The notes under the pieces were generated by a model. The model was not told the DNA's origin. It made no database searches and worked only from the letters and a program-made list of their open reading frames with translations. This document shows positions 16,016-29,156 of a stretch of DNA of 64,000 nucleotides, one piece after another (position 1 is the stretch's first letter; every line of letters begins with the position of its first letter). The translations under genes and the position numbers were made by a program. Source of the DNA: Lingula anatina (Eukaryota; Animalia; Brachiopoda). The DNA lies in contig CM120641.1 in NCBI GenBank assembly GCA_051362555.1, positions 42,476,401-42,540,400 of the forward strand, read 5' to 3'.

Positions 16016-19000
16016 GGGGGAGGGCACCACAGGCACAGTCATTTCAGCTCATCAAGAATATAACTTTATTTGAACTTATGATTCCACATTTGCATTATTT
16101 CTGTAGAGTTTTACGAAAGCATTTCAGTTTTTTTTTCTTTTTAAACTTTGTCTTAAGACAGAAACATTCAGACTACATTGTAACATTGATAGCATTATCT
16201 TTTCAGCTCTTAATCAGACTGGTATGTTTTCATGTCCACTATTGCCACCTATTGTCAATTTCATTATCTTATATAATTCAGCCACCATCATGTTCATATA
16301 TTCTGGAGTAATTGGAAATATCACCTCTCTTTGTACTCTCCATGACATGTATGAATGGTCGGTATGTCATCGTGTGCTTCAATCACCAAAGACTGTATAT
16401 TTTATGCCACTATTCAGTTTTCTTTCGACATGTTTTAAAAGAGAACAACGGCAGCTTCATTTAACGTCATGGCGCCTTGATTGTGCCAGCTTACATTAAC
16501 TGTACATAAAGCCTGCATACCCGTTCATGTGTGTAAGATTTAGTATATGTGACATTCGATCTTAGATCTTCGAACTCTGCATATTCAATTCAACAGTTGC
16601 CATACCGCCATTTTTACTTAAACCATATTGGTTTAATCAATTTTACTTTGTTTCGTTGTTTTGAATAGTATCAGGTGGATATCTTAAAATGGTATTAATT
16701 TCTGTACTGTGTACTGCAGAGAAAAAGTTTCAGAATACAGTTCCTAAGCTTATATGTTGGTTGAGTTTTGTTGTGAGATCATCCATTTACACTACTACGT
16801 GTAACAGCTAAGTGTTTACTTTGGTATGAGTGTGAACTATCACATGGGTTGAATGACCTTTTCATCCAATTCATCATCCATTCATTAATTACATGTTCAT
16901 ACGTCACACTCTTGCGTGTCATTTCATGAATTGTGAATAAAATGTGCCTGGGATCACTTTAGCATGATTAATGTTAAAATAATATGAAACAAACTTTACT
17001 TAGTCATTGTTTGCTGACAGTTTCCATAATTTTCTGTAATTTGGGGCACATTTGTCCTACAAACTGACCTCAAGTTTTGCACCTCAAAAAGTTGATCTAT
17101 GTCAGAATGAAATTCATATTTATCACATGAAGTTATTGCAATCAGCAAGTGCTAGGGTGAACCCAGGTGAATAACTCTGTAGTGAAGTTGTGCTCATGGA
17201 CCAAGGTAGGCACCAGGATGTTATGTGTAGTACTAAGAATGGCAAAGGCCTATTCAAAGTCCAAAGTTTTATGATCTGTCACAAGCGATACTTGTGACAT
17301 TGTGACAGCCTTAATCTTTGTGAAGGGAATCATCAGAAAATGACCAGAAAAATGTACATTGATAAGTTCTCTCAGCTTTTATGTGTTGCCCTACTGCTCT
17401 TGCTAGTTTGCCGTTATTTCTGACCTCGCCATGCTCCAAATTCTGCAAAATCTCACTTGATAAATATGCTGTCGCGAAAATGGACAATCTCAGTATGATA
17501 ACAAAACCCTGTTTTTTGTGATGTTTATTTAAGAATGTCTTTAAATAATGATAGGCTCACTGTACTCAAAGTTATTTCTTGAGTTTGTCTTCTTCAGTTG
17601 AATGCGGGGTCATATCAATATGCCCACAAAAAAATGCTACTAAATTTTATATCGGTCTGACCAAGAAATCACATATTTGAATTAACAGTTTTAACTGAAG
17701 AGGAAAAAAGGCATATGAAACATAGTAATTTGATGCTTATTGGCTATGAAATGACAAAATGATTCTCAAATTGCATAAATCTAAGTGCAAACTGTCTTCG
17801 ATCAAAAAACTGCTCTTATGTGGCATCAGAAAAAGAAGCGACCAGAGAATGCTCAGACCTGTTTGGAGTGGGAGGGTGGAGCCAGCTCACCAGACCTTGG
17901 GGTACTTGTTTCAAAGATATTTCATGTTCTTTTCCATTGGATTCGGTTGTACAGTTGTAATAAGTAAGCACTTGTTATGAGGTAAAATTCCAAGTATATC
18001 TAAATTTTCTCGCTAGGAAGAAACATTTTGCCGAATGATTTTACTTTAAGTATGTTTTGTTTAAGGGAAAATCATCAGTGATAATTTAACTTGCAAATTA
18101 TTTTTACGTGTAATTAGTTAAGTTAACATAGTCTGCTAGTAAACTAGTAATGATAACTTTCATAGGTTATCACTATCACTAGCAATATTTTCATCTAATT
18201 TTACATGCTACTTTCATTTTCTACAGAGCTTCTTGGTCTGGCGTAGATGTGTTTCATTGCTGTTTGGGCTCCAAGGTGGCTACAGGACTGAGTGGAATGG
18301 CTCTTTGTTTAGTGCACCTTTTCTGTAAATGGGCAAAAAAATTGCCATGTTAATAAAGAGTCGTGATGATACTTGGCTCTAAGATATTTGTTTATTTTGT
18401 TTGTAATGAAATAAGAATAAAATTAATGAAATTTTATCAGGGTGCAACAGTGCATTTGTATTTATAAAACGTGACACTTGGAAGTTGCGTAGCCATCTCT
18501 GAGCCTTCCATACCATTGCCTTCCATCTGCTCCCCTTGGGAGAACATGTGCTGCCATCTGTTGAGAGACAACAGCACTACTTCATCCTATTCCTGAACTG
18601 GGTTACCAAGAGACAGGTAAATTGTATCATACATCATGGATTCTATTTAGCGGACTGTTTGGTTGTTGTAAGATGCAATATGGAAAAGAAAATAGTTAAG
18701 CTATTAAAACTAAAGCAGTTTTAATAAAAGATTTTTTATTTTATCATTTATATCAGGAGAGGGGTTAAAGCTGTAGGCAAACATATTGTTTGAATTGTTA
18801 ATTATGTTCACTTTACCATACCTTTAATGAAGGTTAAAAATGAAGGGCCTGTGTTAGCTAGAATAATGGTTTTTCAGAACATTTCTCCACAGCATGCTTT
18901 TCAAAACTGTACTCTGATATAATGTACCATCACTGATATTGTTTTAGAGGGTGATTGCAGTTGGCTTAAGATGTGTTAGTTGCACTGTTATGGTGGAAAG

Positions 19001-20234
19001 TCAGTAAGCTTATGACATTAGAATATCAGGAAATGTGACACCACAATCTTATGGGTATGTGGCGTCTTAGTGTTGGCTAATGCACAATGAGAGTGTATGT
19101 ATGACATATAGCAGTGTGTGTAATCATCAGTGTTCTCGTGATGGCAAAGTTGATACATCTTTGTACAAGTGTGCTTTTATGAAGATAGTTCTGTTGATGT
19201 GTCTTAGTTGTGGATGTGCTTTTATTTTTATTGTCGTAGCAATATTAGTGTATGGTATGCCTTCTGTGAAGCCAAAGCAATGTGGGTTCATGCTATAGAT
19301 GTGTGGGTTAGTGATATCGATGTCGCTGCTGTATATGGCATGGTGTAGCTGAATGTAAGGACAGGATGGGATGGTTTGTCACAGTGTGTGTGCTGGTTTT
19401 GTGGTCAGGGTGATGTTGGGTAAACAATGGTGCTTGTTCTTAGAATTTTGGACCTGGTTTTCAGAAGCATATGAAAATTTTAAAAATAAGAACAGAATAT
19501 ATAAAATGGTTTTTATTATGATTTCCATTGCTGTGGAGAAATCTAAGAAAGTAGGGTGCTTACAACTGTTTAGAATTATAAAGTCAGTTCTTTTATTAAT
19601 GATATAAATGATATAGTCTATAGACCTGATGTTTTCCAGTTAAAATGGGTGGTATGTTTTCATCAGCAAATTGAGGGCAGATTTAGTGTTGGATCATAGT
19701 TGGTATTGAAAGATAATGAGTTTCAAAGTGAGTTCATTCTTTCATGTCATACCATTCCATTATTAACACACCATTTTATCTAACACATTGTAGCATCTGA
19801 GATGTTGTCATGCTCCAATATGTTCTTTACTTTATGTATACTTTAACACTCACTGCATTCTTGCACCCTTGCGTACAACATATTTTAACAGACAACACAC
19901 TCTCAAATAACCTCAGTTGAACGAACCACCCATACTCCCCCCCCCCAAAAAAAAACATTAATGAATAGATAAATAATAACTTGACATAATTTTAAAGTTT
20001 CTAATAAGAATAAAGATTTTTTGCTGTACTTTACAGTTGACTTGGATCAAAAATTATATCTGCTGTTGCACCCCCCCCCCCCCCAAAAAAAAAAAAAAAA
20101 GAAAAAGAAAAAAATTAGAAACTCTTGATTAAGTCCAGTGAACGTAGTTTACTTTATTCCGATACTTGAGATACAAATTGAAAAAAGATAGATACTGGGG
20201 GTGCTGCCTCCCCCTGCTTTGCCTTTCCTTTAAA

Positions 20235-20237
<3 letters not shown>

Positions 20238-20301
<64 letters not shown>
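20238..20301. repeat. (TA)n microsatellite
   Basis: Uninterrupted TA run; similar runs occur at ~28467-28541 and ~61184-61228. Confidence 0.95.
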
Positions 20302-20304
<3 letters not shown>

Positions 20305-20737
20305 AACTAAATGTAGCCTATGTTTTACCCCTATGCCCCTTTTTATGAAGGCCCACTCATCACATGCTACTCCTGAACTGCAATTAGGTGTACAAGATCT
20401 TATAAGTGGTTCTGGAAGTGCTACTGGTAAATTGACTTTATTATGAAAATTCCTGGATCCACAAGTGCATAACATGTTGACAGACAAGCACACTCGTTAG
20501 GTAACATACATTACATTGGACGTATATGTATATCTAAACTAGCACACTTCTACAGAAATGAACTGCCATATCTAGCACAATATTACATCTGTTTCTGCCA
20601 TTATTTTCCATATACATGTAACTCCCAACTACTCACCTCTTTTTTATATTATTTATTTATTCTGTAGAGTTCTTTAAAAAAAACTTTGACTTTCTTATTT
20701 TATGACTTTGATAGGTGCTGGTGAAGAATAAGTCATA

Positions 20738-20754
20738 CTGCTGCCATCTGGTGG
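20738..20754 (-). promoter_or_regulatory. CTCF-consensus motif between the convergent Nova and PHYHIP-like genes
   Basis: ctgctgccatctggtgg reads CCACCAGATGGCAGCAG on the minus strand, a near-perfect CTCF core. Motif match only. Confidence 0.45.
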
Positions 20755-20996
20755 ATAATAGGTAAGTACACAGAGTTTGTCTGTCAAGCATCTTGTTATC
20801 TAATGAAAAATGGTATAAGATATAATGTTTAGATTTGAAATTTTTAGATAATTGGCTGCGTCTTTCAGTGACTCTGGTTAATTGGATAAAATATAAGTTT
20901 TTTGTGTACATGTTATAAATACATATATAGTGCATCTATGTGATGACCACACTTAGCCCTGAGATTCCATTCCAATGTTGTCCTGTCTGAATAGAT

Positions 20997-23047
20997 CTAT
21001 AAATTGCATACCTTACAGTTTGGATTTTTGGTTACTCCACTGGACCTCACTTCACCCTTGGAGGGCACTTTACTGAATGCTCTATAATAAGGCCGGAGAT
21101 CAATGTTTTCTGTGTAAAAAACTTCAACCCAAACACTGGTAGTGGTATAAATGGATTCTCTCATCTGATCACCTATATATTCATTCTGCTTCCACCAAAA
21201 TGGGTTACTGTAGGGAATAAGTGATAGAAGCACTTTTCTGCAGAATTGATCTGCAACCGATCCTTGCTGGGTTAGTACCAAGGTAACCTTATGGGCCTTG
21301 TTATTGCAATAGAAATCTGCAAAATAGAGGTTTGTGTTGGCAGTGAAGAGATGTGAGGGAGGGATGTGCACTCTCAGAGGACCAAATAGGGAAAATTGTG
21401 GTGGAAGCCCGGTTCTTCGATCAGGGTTCACAGAAAAAAACAATCCATTGAGTTTACCATTGATTGGAGATCCTGGGTCTCCATTTGAACTTTTCACATA
21501 AACCTCCATTATTCCACTTCTTCTGTTGAATATATTTTGAAAGTATGCAACTGTTTTGTTTCTGTACATGTAGTGACATAACATGGATTCATTACCGCGT
21601 GCCTTGATGAAATCAACTGCTCTTCGAAATAGGTCCAACATTTCTGTCATGTTCATTACTACAAGAAATTGTTATATATAGCTTTTAATAAATAATTTAT
21701 ATTATTTATACATACATAATTATTTATCAATTTCAGTTATTGCATTATGGCACATTGTTGAAATATATAAAAAGTATAAGGTACATGTATAATAGAACCT
21801 GCAATGGAAATTGCTCATTTGCAAAAAGTCTGAAGAAGGAGAAAAAGCAGATTAAATTTGCAACTTAAAACCATGCAATTTTGAGCTGCAGGTGTAATGC
21901 ATTAATGACCACAACAATTAAAATATGAGTATAATTCTTTTTTTTTAACCTTACCTGCATGAAAATTTAAAGTGCCAAGAGGAATGATTTTATTTGGATC
22001 ACTTGGATTTTTAATGTTACCAGTTAATGAGTATAGACTTCCTCTGGTCAGTTGGAATTGAAGCACCTGTGTTGTACTCTTAACTTCATAAGGATATTGC
22101 ATGGGAGGGTTACTTAGTCTGGTTAAACATAATGCAATTGAACTGCTGTCAGGGAGAGGGTCTGTACTTAATATCTGGATGTGGACATATTTTGCCCCTA
22201 GGTTAAGGATTTTCAGTTGTGGTATATTGGGTACTACCTGAAAGTAGAAAATATTTCAGTGATTCAAGTGATGCAAGTTATATTCTTCCTTTATAAATAA
22301 AAAGACATTTATTTCAGAGGCACATAACGTAATACTGAAGGAACTTAATTTTCAGTAAAAGCAGATTTTGGTTTATTTTATGCCCAGTGTTAATCTAACT
22401 GTTTCCGTTTCTTTAAAAAGCCATTTACTAGCTTATTTTATTTCATCTGGTCATATAAAATTTATAACCATAAATGATTCTGCTATTTTAGAACTACTTA
22501 TAAAATTTTAAAATTTTTTGTGTATTTTTTCTGCCAAATTAAGTAAATGAATACCTATAAGCAAAAAGCTTGAATTAATTTGATACAAAAAATGTACTCT
22601 CTTAAGTCATTGCACCTAAGCTCTAACCATGAAAGCTAACCACTTGAAATGAAAAGAGGAGTGAAATGCTAACTATAATATTATGAAAATATTGAAAAAG
22701 TTAAGTTTTGCTGTAGACTAAGCAGAAACGGAGTATTTGATAGTAGTATGAAATACTGCACTATGGAAATAGTTTACCAGTGTTAAGATGTTTCCAAATT
22801 TCACCAAGTTACTGGTATCCATATTTCCACCTTTGGCAGCCGTGACACACGCCACATATTGATGTCCCACTGGAAACTGCTCTGTGTGTATACAGGGAGT
22901 CTTTGGGAGTTGGCATGTGAATTGCTCTCTGGTCAGAGTGTCTGTCACATGTAAAACATAGTGTTCTTTATCACATTCTGTCCACTCAAAGCATACTGTA
23001 AGCCACTTCTCGTTTGCCAACTGCTGATATGCCTTGAGACTTAACAT
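20997..23047 (-). CDS. PHYHIP/PHYHIPL-family protein, ~404 aa
   Basis: Exons 23047-22778, 22237-21955 and 21658-20997 are frame-consistent. The last exon has YRNK, KSSNGDPGSPINGKLNGLFFS, PQFSLFG, NLYFADFYC, EVFYTENIDL and terminal KNPNCKVCNL, which match the PHYHIP C-terminal domain. Confidence 0.85.
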
Positions 23048-23627
23048 GGTGAATTTTCATGTCACTGTAAAGAGATGAATTAGTTTAAAGTCATCTGAAG
23101 TTTGTGACACTGTGGCATCCACTATTCATGTGATTAATTTCAAACATTTCTGGGAGCAAAAAAAGGGATGTGACTGAAGACAGGCACCTACCTTTTTTAC
23201 TGCTAAGTGTAACTGTCCCTGCTGTTATTTCAGCCCACAACTGATAAAGACTGATTCTGATAAGTAGGTCACCAGATTTTTCTTTCTAAGAATAACAACT
23301 AAAACCAGTTTGTTTGGCTGGAAAAAGAAACCAGCACAATACACATACATTTATTTGTTTTCAAACTGCCATTAATTCCTCCTATTCAAACATCTTACTT
23401 TTAAATACTTTGTTTACTTTGAAAGATGGGCATTTAGTACAGCAAACTATATCAAATAGTGATAACAGCAGTCATAATGATTGATTTTTTTTAGTGGAAA
23501 TACATTGTTAATGTTCAGCTTTTAATTTTCTTGATTTAAATGGTTAGCAAGTTGGAGATGTTTTGTGTTCCTTTTTACATAGAATGCAGAAATCAGCTCT
23601 GAATCTTGATAACTTGACCACTCCAAA

Positions 23628-23669
<42 letters not shown>
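23628..23669. repeat. (AAT)n microsatellite
   Basis: About 14 consecutive AAT units. Confidence 0.9.
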
Positions 23670-24173
23670 TAGTAGAATGTGAATTCAAGTGTGTATATGA
23701 CCATACTAATTTAGACAGAAAAATCTATGAAATTTTTGTGATTCTAATGCCTTCAAAATTAGCTATATATCACATTCCATTTACATTATTGTTCATAAGG
23801 TTACCATAATTTTATATATAGGACAGTACCAGCTAGTATAAGATAAGAGTGTTGTTAATATCATATTCCAAGTTGTAAATGGGTTGAATCATCAAATTGT
23901 TTATTAGAGGTGTTGATTAGTTCTGTTTGGTGCATGTGAAAATATCTACAGTCATTGAAAATAATTAAACAATAATATTTTTCCTCACAGATTGAAGTTA
24001 ATTTCATGATTTGACCATAATTGTTTTACTGATTTGCTGCAGAGCAATTATACTCTGTGTAAGTGCATTAAGATAAACAAGCTACATTATTATGTACAGA
24101 CACAGATGTGTCTGTACATATAGCCATCATCTGCGTCTGTCGTCGCCGTCGTCGCCGTCGCCGTGCACTTTTA

Positions 24174-25625
24174 CCGATAACACGATAAGTGGAAAACCAT
24201 TTTGCCTTTTGATTTGAAACTTGCAGAACTGATGAATATTCATAATACGCAGGTCAAGTTCGAAAATCAGCATGATCGGGTCACTCTTAGGGAATTTATG
24301 CTGTTTTTTCACTTTTTTCAACATATATGCAGCACCGATAACACGATAAGTGGAAAACCATTGTACCTTTTGACTTGAAACTTACAGAACTGATGAATAT
24401 TCATAATATGCAGGTCAAGTTCGAAAATCAGCATGATCGGATCACTTTTAGGGAATTTATGCTGTTTTTTCACTTTTTTCAGCATATATACAGCACTGAT
24501 AACACGATAAGTGGAAAACCATTTTACCTTTTGACTTGAAACTTACAAAACTGATGAATATTCATAATACGCAGGTCAAGTTCGAAAATCAGCATGATCG
24601 GGTCACTTTTAGGGCATTTATGCTGTTTTTTCACTTTTTTTCAGCATAAATGCAGCACCGATAACACGATAAGTGAAAAACCATTTTACCTTTTGGCTTG
24701 AAAGTTACAGAACTGATGAATATTCATAATACGCAGGTCAAGTTCGAAAATCAGCATGATCGGGTCATTTTTAGGGAATTTATGCTGTTTTTTCACTTTT
24801 TTCAGCATATATACAGCACTGATAACACGATAAGTTGAAAACCATTCTACCTTTTGGCTTGAAACTTACAAAACTGATTAATATTCAAAATACACAGGTC
24901 AAGTTCGAAAATCAGCATGATTGGGTCATTTTTAGGGCATTTATGCTGTTTTTTCACTTTTTTTCAGCATATATGCAGCACCGATAACACCATAAGTGGA
25001 AAACCAATTTACCTTTTGGCTTGAAACTTGCAGAACTGATAAATATTCATAATACGCAAGTCAAGTTCGAAAATCAGCATGATTCGATTATTGTTAGGGA
25101 ATTTATGCTGTTTTTTCACTTTTTTCAGCATATATGCAGCACTGATAACACAATAAGTGGAAAACAGTTTTTTCATTTGGCTTGAAACTTACAGAACTAA
25201 TGAATATTCATAATACGCAGGTCAAGTTTGAAAATCAGCAAGATCGGGCAATTTTTATGGAAGTTATCCTGTTTTTTTTTTTTTTTTTTTTTTTTTTTTC
25301 AATTTTTTCAGCACTTTTATAACACTGATAACATGATAAGTGTAAAAATGTTTTTCCTTTCCTTGGATTGAAATTTACAGAACTGGTGAATATTTATAAT
25401 ACGCAGGTCAAGTTTGAAAATTGGCATGATTGGACTATTTTTACAAAAGTAATGCTGTTTTTTTCCCTTTATTCAGCATACATGCAACACTGATAACGCA
25501 TTTTAAGGAAAACCAATCAGCCTTTTGTCTTGCAACTCACAGGAGTGATCAATCTGACCAGTATACAGATCAAGTTTGAAAATAAGCTTGATCAGTTAAG
25601 TTTTGATGAAGTTATTAGCCTTTTT
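24174..25625 (+). repeat. Tandem array of ~9 x 161-bp core units
   Basis: Units start at 24174, 24335, 24496, 24658, 24819, 24981, 25142, 25325 and 25490 (c[c/t]gataacac...ggtcaagttcgaaaatcagcatgat...). Divergence increases toward the 3' end. Confidence 0.95.
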
Positions 25626-28462
25626 GTATATAAGTGGTTTTTCTTCAGATTTAATTCTTAAGCATGTTAACAGTCTCATAACGGTACTAATTAGATATGT
25701 TAAAGTGTTGTTTTAACATTTTCTGCTTCTTAACAATATTGTTAGTTGATTATATAAAAATGACGGTAAACCTATTATCCTGCATTGTGTAATAAAGTAT
25801 CAAAAATGGAAAGGAACTCATCATTGCAGTTCGTCAGATTCAATCATTCACTATGTTCAGAATCTCCAAATGGAGCTAATTGGACATTATAAATTGTTCT
25901 ATTGATATTTTTCCTATGTCAACAATTTTCCTAGTTGATCATTTAAAAATGACAGTTAATTGATGATGGTTTTATGTAAAAAAGGTGTTGAAAATGGAAA
26001 GAAAATCATTTCAGTACAGTTATCTCTTGTTAACATTTTGGCATTTTGAAAGTGTGACCCTAACTTCCATGTCCTTGGAGACCTTTCCATATCACATTTT
26101 CTGAATATCCATGATACTTTTATTTTTTTATAAAAAATTTGATGGTCATTATGCTGTTAAGTATTATGTTATATTGCATGAAAGTTAAAGAAAACCCTAT
26201 TTTGGATACTGCTGCCAGGATAGCGATTAAGGGAAAACCATGTTACTTATGATAATCAACCTTACTGAAAAGACTGAAGTGCAGCTTGTGTTGGAAAACC
26301 ATCGTAATTGTTTTCTGTTTTGAAAGCAATGCAGTACAGTGCTATTTGGTGCAATAAATGTATATGGATAGTAGGCAGTTAATTCAGGGTTATAAAATAA
26401 TTTGCTTAATTGATTTTCAAGTTATTTCAGGGTTATAAAATAATTTGCTTAATTAATTTTCAAGTGGGTATTAAATGAGATTACATAAACACACATTGAG
26501 ATTTCATTGTAAAGTCCCATCGGTTTAGCTTTCTTAACTGTGTCACATAATTAGGAATCGATGATTATTATGCAGGTAAATGTTATTTAATATGGAAAAT
26601 AAGTTTACAAAAAAAAATTTGTGTAACGCTTACATTAATGCTTAAGATGAATAACAGTGCCTTATTATTCTCAAACTCAATAGGGTTATTCATATCATGT
26701 TAGTAATTGTACAGCTAGATTAAAAGTTTGAATAGCAGCTTTATTGGTATTTTTTGTTATGTTTTATTTTACATTTTCTTTTAATTTTTTTATGCTGTTT
26801 TTTCACTTTTTTCAACATATATGCAACATTAATAACACAATATAAGAAAAACAGCTTAGCCAATTGTCATTATACTCACAGGAGTGGTCAATCTTACAAA
26901 AATGCAGGTTGAGTTCGAAAATCAGCGTTATCGGGCCATTATTTTAGAAGTTGTACTGTTTTTTCAAATTTCCTCAGATTCAATTCTTAGGCATGTTAAC
27001 AGTCTCATTATTGAACTAATAAGATACGTAAACGTGTTTGTTTGATATTTCCTGCATCTTTACAACATTATTAGTTGATTATGTAAAAATGGTGGTAAAC
27101 TTGTTATCCTGTATTGTGTAATCAAGTGTCCAAAACGGAAATAAACTCATATCATTGCAGTTTGTCAGATTCAATCATCCACATCTGCCATGATGACCAT
27201 GATGGGAAAACCGTGTTACTTATGATTGTCAAACTTTCAAAAAAGAAACACAGGACTAAAATGCAGCCCAAGTTGGAAAAGCAGTCTAATGGGCTTCTTT
27301 TTCTGGAAGTTATACATTTTAGTGAAATATTCATTATCTTTTTGGCATATTCATTGTGGGACTCGGAGCTCCCATGGACATGAAGCCGGATGGTAATCAA
27401 ATTTTCTACATGTTCATGCTATTTATAGTCAATAATCAAAAATTGGTGATAATTATTCTATAATTTATTATGTAATGTTACATCAAAATTGACAATAATC
27501 TTTTTGCACTGCTACTGCAAACATTATGAAAAGAAAACTGTGTTATTTATTATTATATTTAACTTAAGAGTATGATTTTTAGGATTGGCATGCAGTTCAA
27601 ATTAGAAAGCCAGGTCAATTGGGTTATCATTTATTATTGAATTTAATGCAATTTTGTGTGAAATTTCATTTTTCTCATTCTGGCACTTTCTAAGTATAAA
27701 CTTGAACTCTGATGGGCCTGAAGCCTTATGCTTTTACTTTCGTCGGTGTTACCTGTTGTGCAAAATTACAATTTGATGTTGACTGTGCAGTTAAACATAA
27801 TGTATTATTGCATCAGAAGTGGTAGTCTCCTATTTTGTGCATTATTGTTTTGTGCTCTTCTTAAGTTGTGACTTATGGGCCTGAAAGACCTTTGAGAGGG
27901 TCAGTCTATAAATTTCCCTTGGGTATCACTTCGCTAATTTCAGTTATAAAGTAATTTGCCTAATTGATAGGCTACATAAAGCACACTTGTGATTTGAGAT
28001 TACATAAAGCACACTTGTTGATATTTCCCTGTAAACTCCCATAGGTTAAAGGTATAATAACTCTTCGTTTTGACCAAAAAATGAATTTTCCTGGAGTAAA
28101 CAACAATTTTCCCATACTTACCAATGGTTAATGAATCCATTTTTACATTCAAAGTTAGTCCCTGGTTTTTTTCTAAAAAGTTTGGTTTTTTGTTAAAATC
28201 TCTTAAGAGATTATAACAGAGTATAGCCATCAATAGAGGTCACGTGGTCTGAACACAAGCTAAGATATCAGAATAATAGCTATAACTGCCGTTTTTCTTG
28301 TACAACTGAATATATTATATTTCCACGAGTTGTTCACAATGTTTTTATTGTGAAATATAGATCTCATACGAAGAGTTATTATCCCTTTAAGCTCTCTGCT
28401 AGATTTATAATAAGGAAGCAGTGATAATTATGCAGGTAAATTTTGTTTAATATTGCAAATAA

Positions 28463-28543
<81 letters not shown>

Positions 28544-28586
28544 AACTGAAAGATTAAAAGTTTGAATAGCAGCTTCATTGGAATTA

Positions 28587-28774
28587 TATTTACCTCTGCC
28601 AAGGAGGTTATATTTTCACCCCTGTTTGTCATCAACATAACTCAAAAAGTTATGGACCGATTTTGCTGAAATTTTCAGGAACTGTCAGAAGTGGGCCAAA
28701 GAGGACAAAAATTAATAATAATCAACAATTGCTACCTTGGCAGAGGTCTGCACTCTCGGAGTGCTTTTCTAGTT
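28587..28774 (+). mobile_element. Short HINE-like element, family B (~190 bp), nested in family A copy 1
   Basis: Subterminal IR acctctgccaagg (28592-28604) / ccttggcagaggt (28735-28747), 3' hairpin gcactc-tcg-gagtgc, then ttttctagtt. It interrupts a sequence seen uninterrupted at ~26720-26770. Confidence 0.75.
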
Positions 28775-28987
28775 TTGTTATGTTTTCCTTTATAATTTTT
28801 TCTCAAACACTTGCATTTGTGACTTTTAACTCTCATCCGCCTGAGACTCTGTTGTATTGTTTTTTATGTCTTTAAACATTATGTTACTTATGTAATATTA
28901 TTTTATGCACTGTCATCATTTTTCAAATATTGAGACTTACATCATGTGAATTTGAACTCTCATGGTCCTGAAACTGTAATCTTATTG

Positions 28988-29156
28988 AAAGGGTAGATTG
29001 AGACCATCTTCTGGGACTTCCGGAAGACAATCAGGTTATTAAGTTTATATTGCCTGGTATCTATTTTTTCTTCTGTTGGAAGACCATCAAAATGGAGGAT
29101 GGATCAAAATAGATACTTTGGAATACTGTCAGAGAATATCTCTGGGTCCGCTCATG
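28988..29156. mobile_element. Diverged inverted copy of the 2845-3011 MITE
   Basis: Aligns over its length to the reverse complement of 2845-3011 and is flanked by ttattg on both sides. Confidence 0.7.

Noticed and set aside
14911-16042. Several antisense and alternate-frame ORFs up to 227 aa
   Set aside because: Shadows of the GC-rich, Gly-rich last Nova exon.
24174-25625. Regular repeat array as a possible CRISPR
   Set aside because: Whole 161-bp units repeat with no unique spacers, there are no cas genes, and the context is eukaryotic.
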